Assembly: GCA_963664875.1 (NCBI GenBank)
Contig: OY761611.1
Location: forward strand, 1,728,001 to 1,792,000
Direction of reading: 5' to 3'
From: Candidatus Kapaibacterium sp.
GTDB taxonomy: Bacteria > Bacteroidota > Ignavibacteria > Kapaibacteriales > UBA2268
Length of the DNA stretch: 64,000 bases
Numbering within the stretch: the first letter of the stretch is position 1; the number at the start of each line of letters is the position of its first letter. Both the position numbers and the translations under genes were made by a program. Below, piece by piece: positions 1-9,893 of this stretch. A model generated the notes under the pieces. The model was not told where the DNA came from, did not search any database, and worked only from the letters and a program-made list of their open reading frames with translations.

Positions 1-2
1 TT

Positions 3-977
3 GGTAATGTTCTGGTTTGTGATGATTATCCAATGACACTGTCAGTAGTAAATCCATCTTCGAATGAATCAGTCTCTATTTCAAGTATTTTGCTTCAAAG
101 TGGTGAGGCATTTTATGCAACTCATGAATCTTTGCCTTATGTGATAGCACCCCTTGATTCGATGCTAATAGACTTACATTTTAATCCAAAAGACGCAAAC
201 GATTATCAGGATATATTGACTGTTACTGACATGGACAACAATCAATATCAGGTGCAGTTAATCGGCAGAGCAGTAGATCCTGTCTTTTACGCAAATGTTG
301 ATACTTTGACAGTTGTACCTTTTGGAGATAATCTAAATGGATTTGGGGTAAAAGCTACTTTCCCTACATTAAAATATGGTGCAATCACAAGCTTCAAACT
401 CGAAATTGAAGTAAACGAAGAGCTTGTGGAAATCAAAAATATAAACAATACTAAACCTGCCGGATTTACTTGGAAACAAGCTCAGAAAACCGGAGCAGGC
501 AAGTACATTGTAGAAGGTTCCGGTAATTTGAATACACCGTTTGATGATGTATTTATTATTGTAGAGTACAGGGCATTGCTCGGTGCCGAATTAGTTACTC
601 CGTTCAAGGTTAGACCTTTGTACACGGAATGTCCAAGCGATTTTACAGTACCTATCCATTTGGCAATGAACGGTATATGTTTTAATGAAGGCATCCTGAT
701 AAACCAAGGTAACTTCATCACAGACATTCAAAAAGTGAATCCTAATCCGATATCCACAAGTACTGATTTAATCTTTACAACCGGATACGAAGCAGGTACA
801 AAATTAGAAGTTTTCGATATGCAGGGCAATAAAGTCGAAACACTTTATGACGGAAGATTGCCATCGGGCAAATACTCTGTTACTCTTGATGTTGAAAAAT
901 ATAATTCCGGTGCTTATATGTTAAAATTACATTCCGGTCACATCATCAAGACGGAAAAAATAATTATAAGCAAATAA
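3..977 (+). CDS. T9SS type A sorting-domain protein with ASH/choice-of-anchor-D and cohesin-like domains (5' truncated by window edge)
   Basis: Frame is open from position 3 (GNVLVCDDYPMTL...). C-terminal NPNPIS...LEVFDMQGNKV...SGAYMLKL...KIIISK matches the T9SS CTD pattern. Confidence 0.85.
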   Translation, partial: GNVLVCDDYPMTLSVVNPSSNESVSISSILLQSGEAFYATHESLPYVIAPLDSMLIDLHFNPKDANDYQDILTVTDMDNNQYQVQLIGRAVDPVFYANVDTLTVVPFGDNLNGFGVKATFPTLKYGAITSFKLEIEVNEELVEIKNINNTKPAGFTWKQAQKTGAGKYIVEGSGNLNTPFDDVFIIVEYRALLGAELVTPFKVRPLYTECPSDFTVPIHLAMNGICFNEGILINQGNFITDIQKVNPNPISTSTDLIFTTGYEAGTKLEVFDMQGNKVETLYDGRLPSGKYSVTLDVEKYNSGAYMLKLHSGHIIKTEKIIISK

Positions 978-995
978 GTCAATTGCAGATACTAT

Positions 996-1035
996 CTCAA
1001 AAAAGCCACCTCTACTATAGAAGTGGCTTTTTGAG
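996..1035. terminator. Bidirectional intrinsic terminator
   Basis: CTCAAAAAAGCCACCTCTA-CTA-TAGAAGTGGCTTTTTGAG inverted repeat with A/T tails, between convergent genes. Confidence 0.85.
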
Positions 1036-1056
1036 TTTTTGAGAAAGTGCAGAGAT

Positions 1057-3252
1057 TTATCTTACCTCAGCTCCGCTGCCTATTTCAGCTTTTTCCGGAG
1101 ATAGGAAGGATAATTTACCATCATCTGTATTGGCTGCGAGAATCATACCTTGTGACTCAATGCCCATGATTTTTGCAGGTTTAAGATTAACTACCATGAC
1201 CACTGTTTTACCAACTAAGTATTCAGGTTCGTAGTGCTCAGCTATGCCTGCTACCACCTGTCTTTGTTCCTCGCCGATTTTTACTTGTAGTTTAAGTAGC
1301 TTTTTAGATTTTTTAACTTTTTCTGCTTCAATGATTGTAGCCGTTCTAAGTTTTACTTTCATGAAGTCTTCGAAGTCAATTACCTGCGAAAGTTCTTTTG
1401 CTTTGGCTTTTGCAGCTTCGATTCTTGCAGCGGCTTCTTTCAATGCTTCAACTTCTTTTTCTACTGTTTCATCTTCTATTTTAGTAAAGATAATTTCAGG
1501 TTTTCTGATTGGGCGACCTTCTTCCATAGTAGGATAAGCAGCGATATCCCATAGATTTCTTGTTTCCTGTCCGTTGTTCGCTTCGCCGGTATTTGACGAA
1601 ACTTCTAAAATCTTACTGATTTTTTTAGATGCAAACGGTACAATCGGAGCAAAGATAATAGAAAGAGTATGCACAAGTTGTACACAGAAATACAATGATT
1701 TTGCAGCTCTGTCTGCATCGTCTTTAATAGCTTTCCATGGCTCTTCGTCGTTAAAATATTTATTAGCTGCACGGGCAACATTCATTGTTTCTGTCATTGC
1801 ATCGCGGAAACGGAAGCGTTCGTAGCAGTCTGAGATTTTTTTCAAGCCATTGTGCAATGCCTGAATTATCACCAAGTCGTTATCAGAAAACTCAGCATAA
1901 TCTTCTCTGTTGATTTCTTTCTCAGGGTGTTCGCTCATGAAATCAATTAAGTTATTCCACTTAGCAGGGATTCGGGCATATTTATCAGCCAATGTAGGAA
2001 CTTTACCGTCAAAGTTTTTATGAGTGAACTGAAGCGAACGATTTACAAAGTTGCCGAAAATAGCAGCAAGTTCGTTGTTGTTTTTGCTTTGGAAATCTTT
2101 CCATGTAAAGTCAGCATCTTTTGTTTCAGGGAAATTAGTAGCCAAAGTATATCTAAGTGCATCTATATAATGCTTTTCGCTATAGCTGCTTACGAAATCT
2201 TTTAGGTCAATACTCCAGTTTCTGGATTTAGAAAACTTTTCACCTTCAAGATTTAAGAACTCATGAGCCGGCACATTGTCAGGCATAATATAACCACCGC
2301 GAGCATGAAGCATAGCAGGGAAAATTAGAGTATGGAACACGATATTATCTTTACCGATAAAAGCAAGATATCTTGTTTCTTCGTCTTGCCACCATGTTTT
2401 CCAGTCATCAGCTCTGCCCTGAGCTTTCATAAACTCTTTAGTAGCTGAGATATATCCAAGAACGGCATCAAACCATACATAAAGCACTTTACCTTCTGCT
2501 TTTTGTTTGTCAACTCCCTGGATATCTTTTATTTTTACGCCCCAATCCAAATCGCGGGTAATAGCGCGCTCAGCAAGACCTTGTTTAAGCCAGCTACGAG
2601 TTTGCTGTATAACGTTATCTTTCCAGTATTTAGATTTTTCTTCAATATAATTTTCCAAAAATTCCTGGAACTTATCAAAGCGGAAATACCAGTGAGTAGT
2701 TTTTTTCACCTCAGGAGTGCCACCGGAAACTGTAGAGATTGGATTTTTTAATTCAATCTGGTTGTAATAAGCACCGCATTTATCGCACTGATCGCCTCTT
2801 GCACCATCTTCACCGCAGTTAGGGCAAGTACCTTCCACGTATCTATCTGGAAGGAACATTTTTGCTTTTGGGTCATAAAACTGCTCTTCTTCTCTATCGA
2901 TTAGATATCCTTTTTGAAGGAAGTCTGCAAAAAACTCTTTTGCAGTTTCGTGGTGCGACTCGACAGATGTTCTTGAGTAATTGTCAAAACTCATCCCGAA
3001 AGCCTCGAAAGCAGCTTTGTTTGCAGTGTGGTATTTATCTATAATATGTTTTGGAGTAACTTTTTCTTTTTCGGCAGAAATAGTAATTGCAACACCATGC
3101 TCATCTGAACCGCAGATATATAGTACATCTTCGCCTCTTAGTCTTGAGTAGCGGGCATAAATATCGGCAGGCAGATATGCACCGGCAGCGTGGCCAAGGT
3201 GAATATAGCCGTTCGCATAAGGCAACGCCGAAGTAATCAGTGTTCTTTTCAT
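1057..3252 (-). CDS. metG: Methionine--tRNA ligase with C-terminal tRNA-binding OB domain
   Basis: ITSALPYANGYIHLGH (HIGH), Zn knuckle CPNC...CDKC, KFSKS (KMSKS), C-terminal NLKPAKIMGIESQGMILA. Start moved to the ATG at 3252. Confidence 0.98.
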   Translation of the reverse strand: MKRTLITSALPYANGYIHLGHAAGAYLPADIYARYSRLRGEDVLYICGSDEHGVAITISAEKEKVTPKHIIDKYHTANKAAFEAFGMSFDNYSRTSVESHHETAKEFFADFLQKGYLIDREEEQFYDPKAKMFLPDRYVEGTCPNCGEDGARGDQCDKCGAYYNQIELKNPISTVSGGTPEVKKTTHWYFRFDKFQEFLENYIEEKSKYWKDNVIQQTRSWLKQGLAERAITRDLDWGVKIKDIQGVDKQKAEGKVLYVWFDAVLGYISATKEFMKAQGRADDWKTWWQDEETRYLAFIGKDNIVFHTLIFPAMLHARGGYIMPDNVPAHEFLNLEGEKFSKSRNWSIDLKDFVSSYSEKHYIDALRYTLATNFPETKDADFTWKDFQSKNNNELAAIFGNFVNRSLQFTHKNFDGKVPTLADKYARIPAKWNNLIDFMSEHPEKEINREDYAEFSDNDLVIIQALHNGLKKISDCYERFRFRDAMTETMNVARAANKYFNDEEPWKAIKDDADRAAKSLYFCVQLVHTLSIIFAPIVPFASKKISKILEVSSNTGEANNGQETRNLWDIAAYPTMEEGRPIRKPEIIFTKIEDETVEKEVEALKEAAARIEAAKAKAKELSQVIDFEDFMKVKLRTATIIEAEKVKKSKKLLKLQVKIGEEQRQVVAGIAEHYEPEYLVGKTVVMVVNLKPAKIMGIESQGMILAANTDDGKLSFLSPEKAEIGSGAEVR

Positions 3253-3484
3253 AACATTTTCCAAAAATCGATTCCAAATATTCCAATATTGCAAATATAA
3301 TGATTTTTTGGAAAGGTTGGGGCAAATGGTTGAGGGAATTATAATTAGTCATGGATCCCTTAGAATCTCAATTGAAATCCTACTCCTCCCTATTTTTTAC
3401 ATTTTGTTAGGTTTTAGTTTACCTTGTTTGGAAAATAAGTTATATATTTGAACCAACTTTTTGAGACTAATAGCAGATAATGTA

Positions 3485-3973
3485 ATGAATAGACAAGATA
3501 AAATTGCTGTTTATCCGGGTTCGTTTGATCCTATTACAAATGGACATATTGATGTAATCGAGCGTGCAAGTTTGATTTTCGATAAGGTGATTGTTTTAGT
3601 TGGCGTCAATTCAAAAAAAACAAATCTTTTTACAGAAGATGAAAGATGCAGCATGGCTGGTGAAGCTCTTAAGCATTTGCCAAATGTGGAAGTTAGCAAG
3701 CATCAGGGGCTTATAGTTGAGTATTGCAAGCAGTATAAAGCAATTGCAATGATTCGCGGGATCAGAGCCGTTTCAGACTTTGAGTACGAATTTCAAATTG
3801 CACTTATGAACCGCAAACTTGAGCCGGAAGTTCACACAGTGTTTATGATGCCTCACGAAAGATATACTTATCTTAATTCAAGTATTGTCAGAGAGTTGGC
3901 AAGATACAAAAAAGACACTTCAGATTTTGTGCCACCTTGCGTAGCTAAAAAACTGGAAGCGAAATTTGACTAA
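3485..3973 (+). CDS. coaD: Phosphopantetheine adenylyltransferase
   Basis: AVYPGSFDPITNGHID, RGIRAVSDFEYE, SSIVRE motifs. ATG at 3485. Confidence 0.97.
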   Translation: MNRQDKIAVYPGSFDPITNGHIDVIERASLIFDKVIVLVGVNSKKTNLFTEDERCSMAGEALKHLPNVEVSKHQGLIVEYCKQYKAIAMIRGIRAVSDFEYEFQIALMNRKLEPEVHTVFMMPHERYTYLNSSIVRELARYKKDTSDFVPPCVAKKLEAKFD

Positions 3974-4008
3974 AATCTTCAATAATTTGGGCTTTAATAT
4001 TTTATTAT

Positions 4009-5406
4009 TTAGACAGTCTTTTTTTGTCGGTAGCTTTGCACATTAATATCGTATTTTCTGATTTTATTGTGCAAAGTTTCGCGGCTTACTCCAAGTAGAG
4101 CAGCAGACTTGCTTACATTACCTCTACATTGTTCCAATGTGGTTTCAATCTTCCTTTTATCGACCAAAGCCAAATCTTCTTTCAATGTATTACCTAATGA
4201 GATAGCGGGAGCTACAACTTGTGTTTCAATTGTTTGAGACGAATTGGAAATTATTCTGTGCAAATCGCTAACTTCTATCTGTTTTGTTGTAGCAGTCTGC
4301 AGAGTTACTCTTAGCACACTTGACAGCTCGCGTACATTGCCTCGCCAAGTTTGTTCCTGCATATAATCTAATGCAGATGGAGCAAAAAACTTTTCGTCGT
4401 TGAAATCTGCATTGTGTTTTTGCAGAAAGTATTTGATGATTTCAGGTATATCTTCCTGACGTTCCTGTAGTGATGGCAGGTGTATTTCACACTCTCTGAG
4501 TCGGTGATAAAGCTGCTCTCTAAAGTTGCCGTCTTTGATACCTTCAAGCAAATCTTTATCCGTTGCAGAAACAAATCTGATATCCATCTCTTCGCTTTGC
4601 ACGGAACCAACTTTTCTTACTACTTTTTCTTCGATTGGAATGAACAAATTTGATTGGAGACTAAGCGACATATCTCCTATCTCATCCAAAAATAAAGTAC
4701 CTTTGTTTGCCTGATGGAACAGACCTTTTTTATTTTCGGAGGCACCGGAGAAAGCCCCTTTTATATGCCCGAATAGCTCACTTTGAAATAGTTCTTTGGG
4801 AATATTAGGAATATCTACGGTTACAAACGGATATTTATTTCTACGGCTTGCAGCGTGAATAGCTTTTGCAACTAACTTTTTGCCTGTACCTGTTTCGCCG
4901 GTGATAAGTACATTAAGATCAGTTCTGCCGAAACGGATTATTCTGTCGCCAACGTCTAACATAGCTTTTGACCTTGCGATAATACCGTTGGCTTCCAAAA
5001 ATTTTCTAATTTCTTCTTCTTCACCCTGCTGCTTTTTGCCCAAGGCACTATTTAGCACTTCTTTGATTTTTTCTTTACTGATAATGCTTTTTTCAATAAA
5101 ATTCATAGCTCCGAGCTTGGTAGCACGTACTGCAGTTTCTATTGTACCCTTACCACTAACCATAACAACAGGCAAAGAAGGGTGTGATTTCCTAATAGCT
5201 TCTAACACGTCCAAACCGCTCAACTGTTCCTCAGGTCCAAACTCAATATCAAGCAGAACTATGCCGATAGAGCTATGATGCTTCGAAAGGTATTCAATAG
5301 CAAGAGTCGGTTTATAGATATTTTCATATTTATAACCAAAATCACTAACTATATCTGCTATGGTGGAACCAAATTCTACATTATCATCTACGATTAGAAC
5401 TTTCAT
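4009..5406 (-). CDS. Sigma54-dependent response regulator (NtrC family: REC-AAA+-Fis HTH)
   Basis: Receiver LIVDD...LLD, Walker A GETGTGK, SELFGH-GAFSGA, Walker B LFLDEIGDM, GNVREL, C-terminal AALLGVSRETLHNKI. Confidence 0.93.
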   Translation of the reverse strand: MKVLIVDDNVEFGSTIADIVSDFGYKYENIYKPTLAIEYLSKHHSSIGIVLLDIEFGPEEQLSGLDVLEAIRKSHPSLPVVMVSGKGTIETAVRATKLGAMNFIEKSIISKEKIKEVLNSALGKKQQGEEEEIRKFLEANGIIARSKAMLDVGDRIIRFGRTDLNVLITGETGTGKKLVAKAIHAASRRNKYPFVTVDIPNIPKELFQSELFGHIKGAFSGASENKKGLFHQANKGTLFLDEIGDMSLSLQSNLFIPIEEKVVRKVGSVQSEEMDIRFVSATDKDLLEGIKDGNFREQLYHRLRECEIHLPSLQERQEDIPEIIKYFLQKHNADFNDEKFFAPSALDYMQEQTWRGNVRELSSVLRVTLQTATTKQIEVSDLHRIISNSSQTIETQVVAPAISLGNTLKEDLALVDKRKIETTLEQCRGNVSKSAALLGVSRETLHNKIRKYDINVQSYRQKKTV

Positions 5407-5744
5407 ATTAGCTTTGCCCAATCTCGTTTTTCCGTACGATTCGAATTAGAAATGCAGTTACTATTCTTTTATTGTGTGCGTCCTGCATCAGAATTATTTT
5501 TTGTTGTAAGCTTGTTATTATAACAAATAAAACAGTAATATCAAAATGCTATTTTAGAGAATTTATAAAATACCATTTTGACTTATCAAATAAAAACATT
5601 TTTTAGATTTTTTGAATAAAACGACTTTGTTCGAGGATAAATATTCGGATTTTGCTATTTTATAAAATCAAATTAGTCATATTATTTTACACATTGAACT
5701 AATTATATAATTGTCCGTTTATTTACTCAAATAACTATACAGTA

Positions 5745-6371
5745 ATGAACAAATTTATTATAGAATTGCTCCAATTCCTAAAAAAGCCCACCGAAGTAGT
5801 ACGGGGCAAAGGTAAAAATGTTACTTCTGATATTCTTAATCTATTGCTGTTAGACATACTGCTCATGATGATAGCTCTGCCTTTAGCGCAGCTGTTGGAT
5901 ACATTTGATCTTGTTGACTTCGATACTCATGACTTGAATAATATTTTAACTGATACCAATATTATTTTAGCTCTTGCTTTAGTCTCGATTGTAGTCCCGG
6001 TTATCGAAGAGTTTATATTTCGTCTCCCACTTAAAATGGGCTATAACGTATTCCCAATGTGGCGTCTAATGGCAGCAAGGAAGATGAGCGATGCAGACGA
6101 AGCACGTGAGATATACAAAACTAAAAAAGCCTGGCTCGCTAAATATCCATATATATTCTACGGCATGGCTTTACTTTTTGCTCTTATTCATTTGACTAAT
6201 TATCAGATTTCTCTTTCTGTCATCATATTTTCTTTTATACTTTGCCTTCCTCAATTCATTCTTGCAGTGCTTGTTTCTTATGCAAGATTGAAACATGGTT
6301 TATGGTCGAGTATGTTATTGCACGGATTGCATAATCTTATATTTTCATTATTTGCTTATGCTGCTATGTAG
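5745..6371 (+). CDS. CPBP/Abi (CAAX-type) intramembrane glutamic protease
   Basis: EEFIFR, FALIH and HGLHN motifs in a polytopic membrane protein. Confidence 0.88.
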   Translation: MNKFIIELLQFLKKPTEVVRGKGKNVTSDILNLLLLDILLMMIALPLAQLLDTFDLVDFDTHDLNNILTDTNIILALALVSIVVPVIEEFIFRLPLKMGYNVFPMWRLMAARKMSDADEAREIYKTKKAWLAKYPYIFYGMALLFALIHLTNYQISLSVIIFSFILCLPQFILAVLVSYARLKHGLWSSMLLHGLHNLIFSLFAYAAM

Positions 6372-6406
6372 GCGTTCTTTAGTTAACTAATTAGGATTCT
6401 TTGTGC

Positions 6407-6841
6407 ATGAAAAAAGTTGAGATATTCGAGATATCCGCCATTACGTGCCTCTATATTGTATTATTGATTGTAATGTGGGTTAATTTGCTCTTCGATGCAA
6501 ATCTGGCTGACTTAAAACTTACATTTCTGCTCACTGAAAAATACGGGATTTACTACTTTATCATGAGCACAGGTAGTTTGTTCTTGCTGTGGCATGGAAC
6601 GCGGTTTAAGTTCACAAAAGATATTCCCGAATCTACTATGCAAAGATTTTTCAAAACCTTAGCTTTGATTATGTTTGAGATACAGATTCTTCTGCTCACA
6701 GTTGATTTTGGAATTGAGCCAAAATGGTTGCAGCTGCTTATCGGACTAATATCTACATGGATATTTGGTACTTTTGCTATTTCATCGCTGTGGGATATGC
6801 TTAAAAGTTTTTCGTCTGTTTTTTTTGGCAAAAAACACTAA
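6407..6841 (+). CDS. Hypothetical membrane protein (about 4 TM)
   Basis: Hydrophobic ORF co-directional with its neighbours; no family recognised. Confidence 0.65.
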   Translation: MKKVEIFEISAITCLYIVLLIVMWVNLLFDANLADLKLTFLLTEKYGIYYFIMSTGSLFLLWHGTRFKFTKDIPESTMQRFFKTLALIMFEIQILLLTVDFGIEPKWLQLLIGLISTWIFGTFAISSLWDMLKSFSSVFFGKKH

Positions 6842-6949
6842 TTAGACCTCAAATATCAGATTATAGATACTAAGCACAGTCTCATGTGTAAATATTTTGA
6901 AGCCATAAATTGACATATATATAATAAGTCTTTGAAAGGAACTAATCTT

Positions 6950-8797
6950 ATGAATAGAAAGATTTTATTACTATCATCATTTGTGATACCTTTTTTAGTG
7001 TATATTCTCACAATTGTTCCGGGTATTACTTTTACTGATAGTGGTGAGCTTATGGGTGCTGCTTCTACCTTTGGGGTAGCTCATCCGACAGGTTACCCGC
7101 TTTTTACATTGCTTGCATATTTATGGCATTTTTTACCCTTGCCTATTGATGCCCCATTGCAATTTAACATCTTTGCGGCTTTATGCACTGCGGCTTCAGC
7201 TTCATTTTTCTTTCTAAGTGCAGAAAAGTTGCTTGATTATATATCTAAGAAAAAGGACTTGGATCTTTGTAATAATAGCATCAGTGCAGCTGCATTGTCT
7301 TTTTCGCTGCTTTATGCATTTACTGCTACAATCTGGCACGAAGCATTAGCTTTTGAAGTATATCCTTTGCAAAATCTGATGATAAATCTGATTATCTTTT
7401 TAGCAATGCGCGCTGTACTTAGCGATTACGACATCAGGAAATACATAGCTGTTACTTTTGTATTGGGATTAGCTTTTGCCAACCACATGACAAGCATATT
7501 ATTAGTACCCGCTCTTCTGTTTTTGTTTTTCAAAAGACCGGATAGTAAGGGCTTCAAATCTGTTGCTTCTACAAGAAGCTTGATTTTAATTTTTGCACCT
7601 TTGCTGTTTGGTGCTGCAATGTATTTAATTTTGCCGATAAGAAGCAGTATGTCCCCTGAGTTCGACTGGGGAGGTGTTTCCCGCAGCTTCGATAAATTTT
7701 GGTATCACGTTTCCGGAAAGCAATACCAAGTATGGATGTTTTCAGGTGCAGATGCTTTCAAGGAGAATTTGGGCGAATTTTTCTCTAAACTACTTCCACA
7801 ATATGCTTATATAGGATTTATTCCTGTTTTGCTCGGCTTGTGGTTTGGGAAAAAATATTCAGGTACTTTGCTTACTTTTCTCCTGCTACTTGCTACAACT
7901 TGTATATTTTATGCTTCTAATTATGATATTCATGATATTGATGCTTACTATAGCCTTGCATACACAGCTTTTGCTCTGATATCAGTGTTTTCAGTTCCTT
8001 ATTTCATTGCTGCTGCTAAAAGCAAAAAAGCTACCTATTTTATGCTGCTGTTACCCATGCTACTTTTAGTATTCAATTTTTCTGCAAATAACAGAAGTAA
8101 TGAAGTTTATGTACCGGAATATACTCAAAACCTGATTGACAATCTTGAACCTAATGCCATTATTATTTCTGCACAGTGGGATTACTGGTGCTCCGCTTTT
8201 TGGTATTTGCAAAAAGTACAGGGAGTAAGAAAAGATGTTGTATTAATAGAAAAAGAACTGCTCAGGCGAACTTGGTATTTAGATCAGTTGCAGAAATGGT
8301 ACCCTGAGGTAATGTCATTGCATAAAGATGACTTCGATTCTTTTCTTGAACAGCTGGAGTTATTCGAATCAGGAGAGAACTACGATCCGAGAGCAATTCA
8401 GTCACGTTTTGAAAAATTACTAACCGGATTTGTCTCTAAACATATCTCAAAGAGACCAATATACATCACTGCTGACATTTTGCAGACTGAGCCATATCTT
8501 GCTCAAGCTTACGAAAAAATCCCTCAGGGATTTGCCCTAAGATTAGAGGAGGAACACAAGACGTATCCTGTTAGTTGTGATAATATAAATATTAGCAAAT
8601 TAGCCTCTTCACTTTCTGATGATCCTGATCATTTAGAGCTTGGAATCAAACAAAGTGCAGTTTTGCAATTGGTTTATCTCGCAAGGTATGCCAATCTTCA
8701 AAACGACACTAAAACTGCAAAAGATGCATATAGCAAAGCTCTTCAGATAGTCCCGTCAGATAATGCTATAGCAGCAGAAGCGGAAAAAATAAAGTGA
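6950..8797 (+). CDS. DUF2723 / TMEM260-like GT-C membrane glycosyltransferase with C-terminal TPR-like end
   Basis: TDSGEL...GVAHPTGYPLF N-terminal motif, EVY motif, NHMT, many TM helices, periplasmic C-domain ending in a TPR-like helix pair. Confidence 0.85.
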   Translation: MNRKILLLSSFVIPFLVYILTIVPGITFTDSGELMGAASTFGVAHPTGYPLFTLLAYLWHFLPLPIDAPLQFNIFAALCTAASASFFFLSAEKLLDYISKKKDLDLCNNSISAAALSFSLLYAFTATIWHEALAFEVYPLQNLMINLIIFLAMRAVLSDYDIRKYIAVTFVLGLAFANHMTSILLVPALLFLFFKRPDSKGFKSVASTRSLILIFAPLLFGAAMYLILPIRSSMSPEFDWGGVSRSFDKFWYHVSGKQYQVWMFSGADAFKENLGEFFSKLLPQYAYIGFIPVLLGLWFGKKYSGTLLTFLLLLATTCIFYASNYDIHDIDAYYSLAYTAFALISVFSVPYFIAAAKSKKATYFMLLLPMLLLVFNFSANNRSNEVYVPEYTQNLIDNLEPNAIIISAQWDYWCSAFWYLQKVQGVRKDVVLIEKELLRRTWYLDQLQKWYPEVMSLHKDDFDSFLEQLELFESGENYDPRAIQSRFEKLLTGFVSKHISKRPIYITADILQTEPYLAQAYEKIPQGFALRLEEEHKTYPVSCDNINISKLASSLSDDPDHLELGIKQSAVLQLVYLARYANLQNDTKTAKDAYSKALQIVPSDNAIAAEAEKIK

Positions 8798-8824
8798 TGT
8801 AACCGTTTTTATAGTTTATTCGTA
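8798..8824 (+). promoter_or_regulatory. Candidate ECF sigma promoter
   Basis: TGTAAC-N17-CGTA about 35 bp upstream of the 8860 ATG; fits the general ECF AAC/CGT pattern. Confidence 0.5.
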
Positions 8825-8859
8825 TAATTAAATATACATTATACGTACCGGAGTGAGTT

Positions 8860-9579
8860 ATGAAATACAAAATCTTGTTATTATTGATTCCATTAGCTTT
8901 GATTGTTAGTTCCTGCCTGCGCTCAGGATACAATTTTGTTAGTTACAGAGAGCCCGGAGTTTCTCCGAAATTATACAAAAAAGTATGTATTTTCGCAGAT
9001 TTTGATGACCCATTTGCAAAAAGGGAAACTGAATTGGAAGTAGGCAAGCATTTATTCGAATTAGGCATGAACACAGTTCCTGCTTTCCACATTATGCCCC
9101 CAACCCGCGAGCGTACTAATGAAGAAATACACCAAATACTCGTGGACAACGGCGTTGATGCTTTCATCAGAATCTCCATAGAAAATATACAGGAAAATAC
9201 AGCAATTGTTCCTGCCAGAACCACTTCCACGACTGTGGTTAGCGAAAAAGTTGTAAAAGACGATAAAAATGACAAAAAAAGAGATAGCAACAGCGATAAA
9301 AAAAGTCACTACAAAGGCAGCAGAGAAAAAATCACAACTGAACAAACTACTGTAACAAATTCTCCCGGATATGAATACAAGTATATGACCGGAGATTTGA
9401 AAGTTAGTTTGATCGACGTAGGAACTTCTCAACTGGCTTTTGTTCAAAACATTCATTCGGGCAGATATTCGCCACAATTTAAATTAGATTATCTAAGATA
9501 TGGCGAAGTACAGGAAAAGATTGCTTTAACAATAGAAGCAGGCTTAAGAAATGATGGCTTTCTGCCGCCTAAAAGATAA
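8860..9579 (+). CDS. Hypothetical lipoprotein
   Basis: Signal peptide ending LIVSSC; charged low-complexity insert. Confidence 0.75.
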   Translation: MKYKILLLLIPLALIVSSCLRSGYNFVSYREPGVSPKLYKKVCIFADFDDPFAKRETELEVGKHLFELGMNTVPAFHIMPPTRERTNEEIHQILVDNGVDAFIRISIENIQENTAIVPARTTSTTVVSEKVVKDDKNDKKRDSNSDKKSHYKGSREKITTEQTTVTNSPGYEYKYMTGDLKVSLIDVGTSQLAFVQNIHSGRYSPQFKLDYLRYGEVQEKIALTIEAGLRNDGFLPPKR

Positions 9580-9717
9580 TTGTTCTAAATCAATACTATT
9601 TTGACAATAAGTGGAAAACTTTTTTCTTTTATGATGATTTTTTTTTATGCTAAATGATTTGATTTTGTTATATTTACTTCGGAGTGTCTCTCCGAGTTGA
9701 TAAAAAAATGGAATTAG

Positions 9718-9750
9718 AGGACAATGGTGTAAAAGCTATTGTCCTTTTTT
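9718..9750 (+). terminator. Intrinsic terminator
   Basis: AGGACAATGGT-GTAAAA-GCTATTGTCCT followed by a T run. Confidence 0.75.
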
Positions 9751-9893
9751 ATTATCTGCTGCTAAATTTTCTGTATTTGCCTTTTCTAAAGCTTATATAA
9801 ATCAAAAACTTCCTTGCTTTTATTTAATTGATATTAGAATTGAATTTGATTACATTTGTAAACTTTATTGCATATTCCTACAGATATATATAG

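Noticed and set aside
5745-6841. Abi gene as an anti-phage abortive infection system
   Set aside because: It is the CPBP protease family (the Abi name is historical), and there is no defence-island context.
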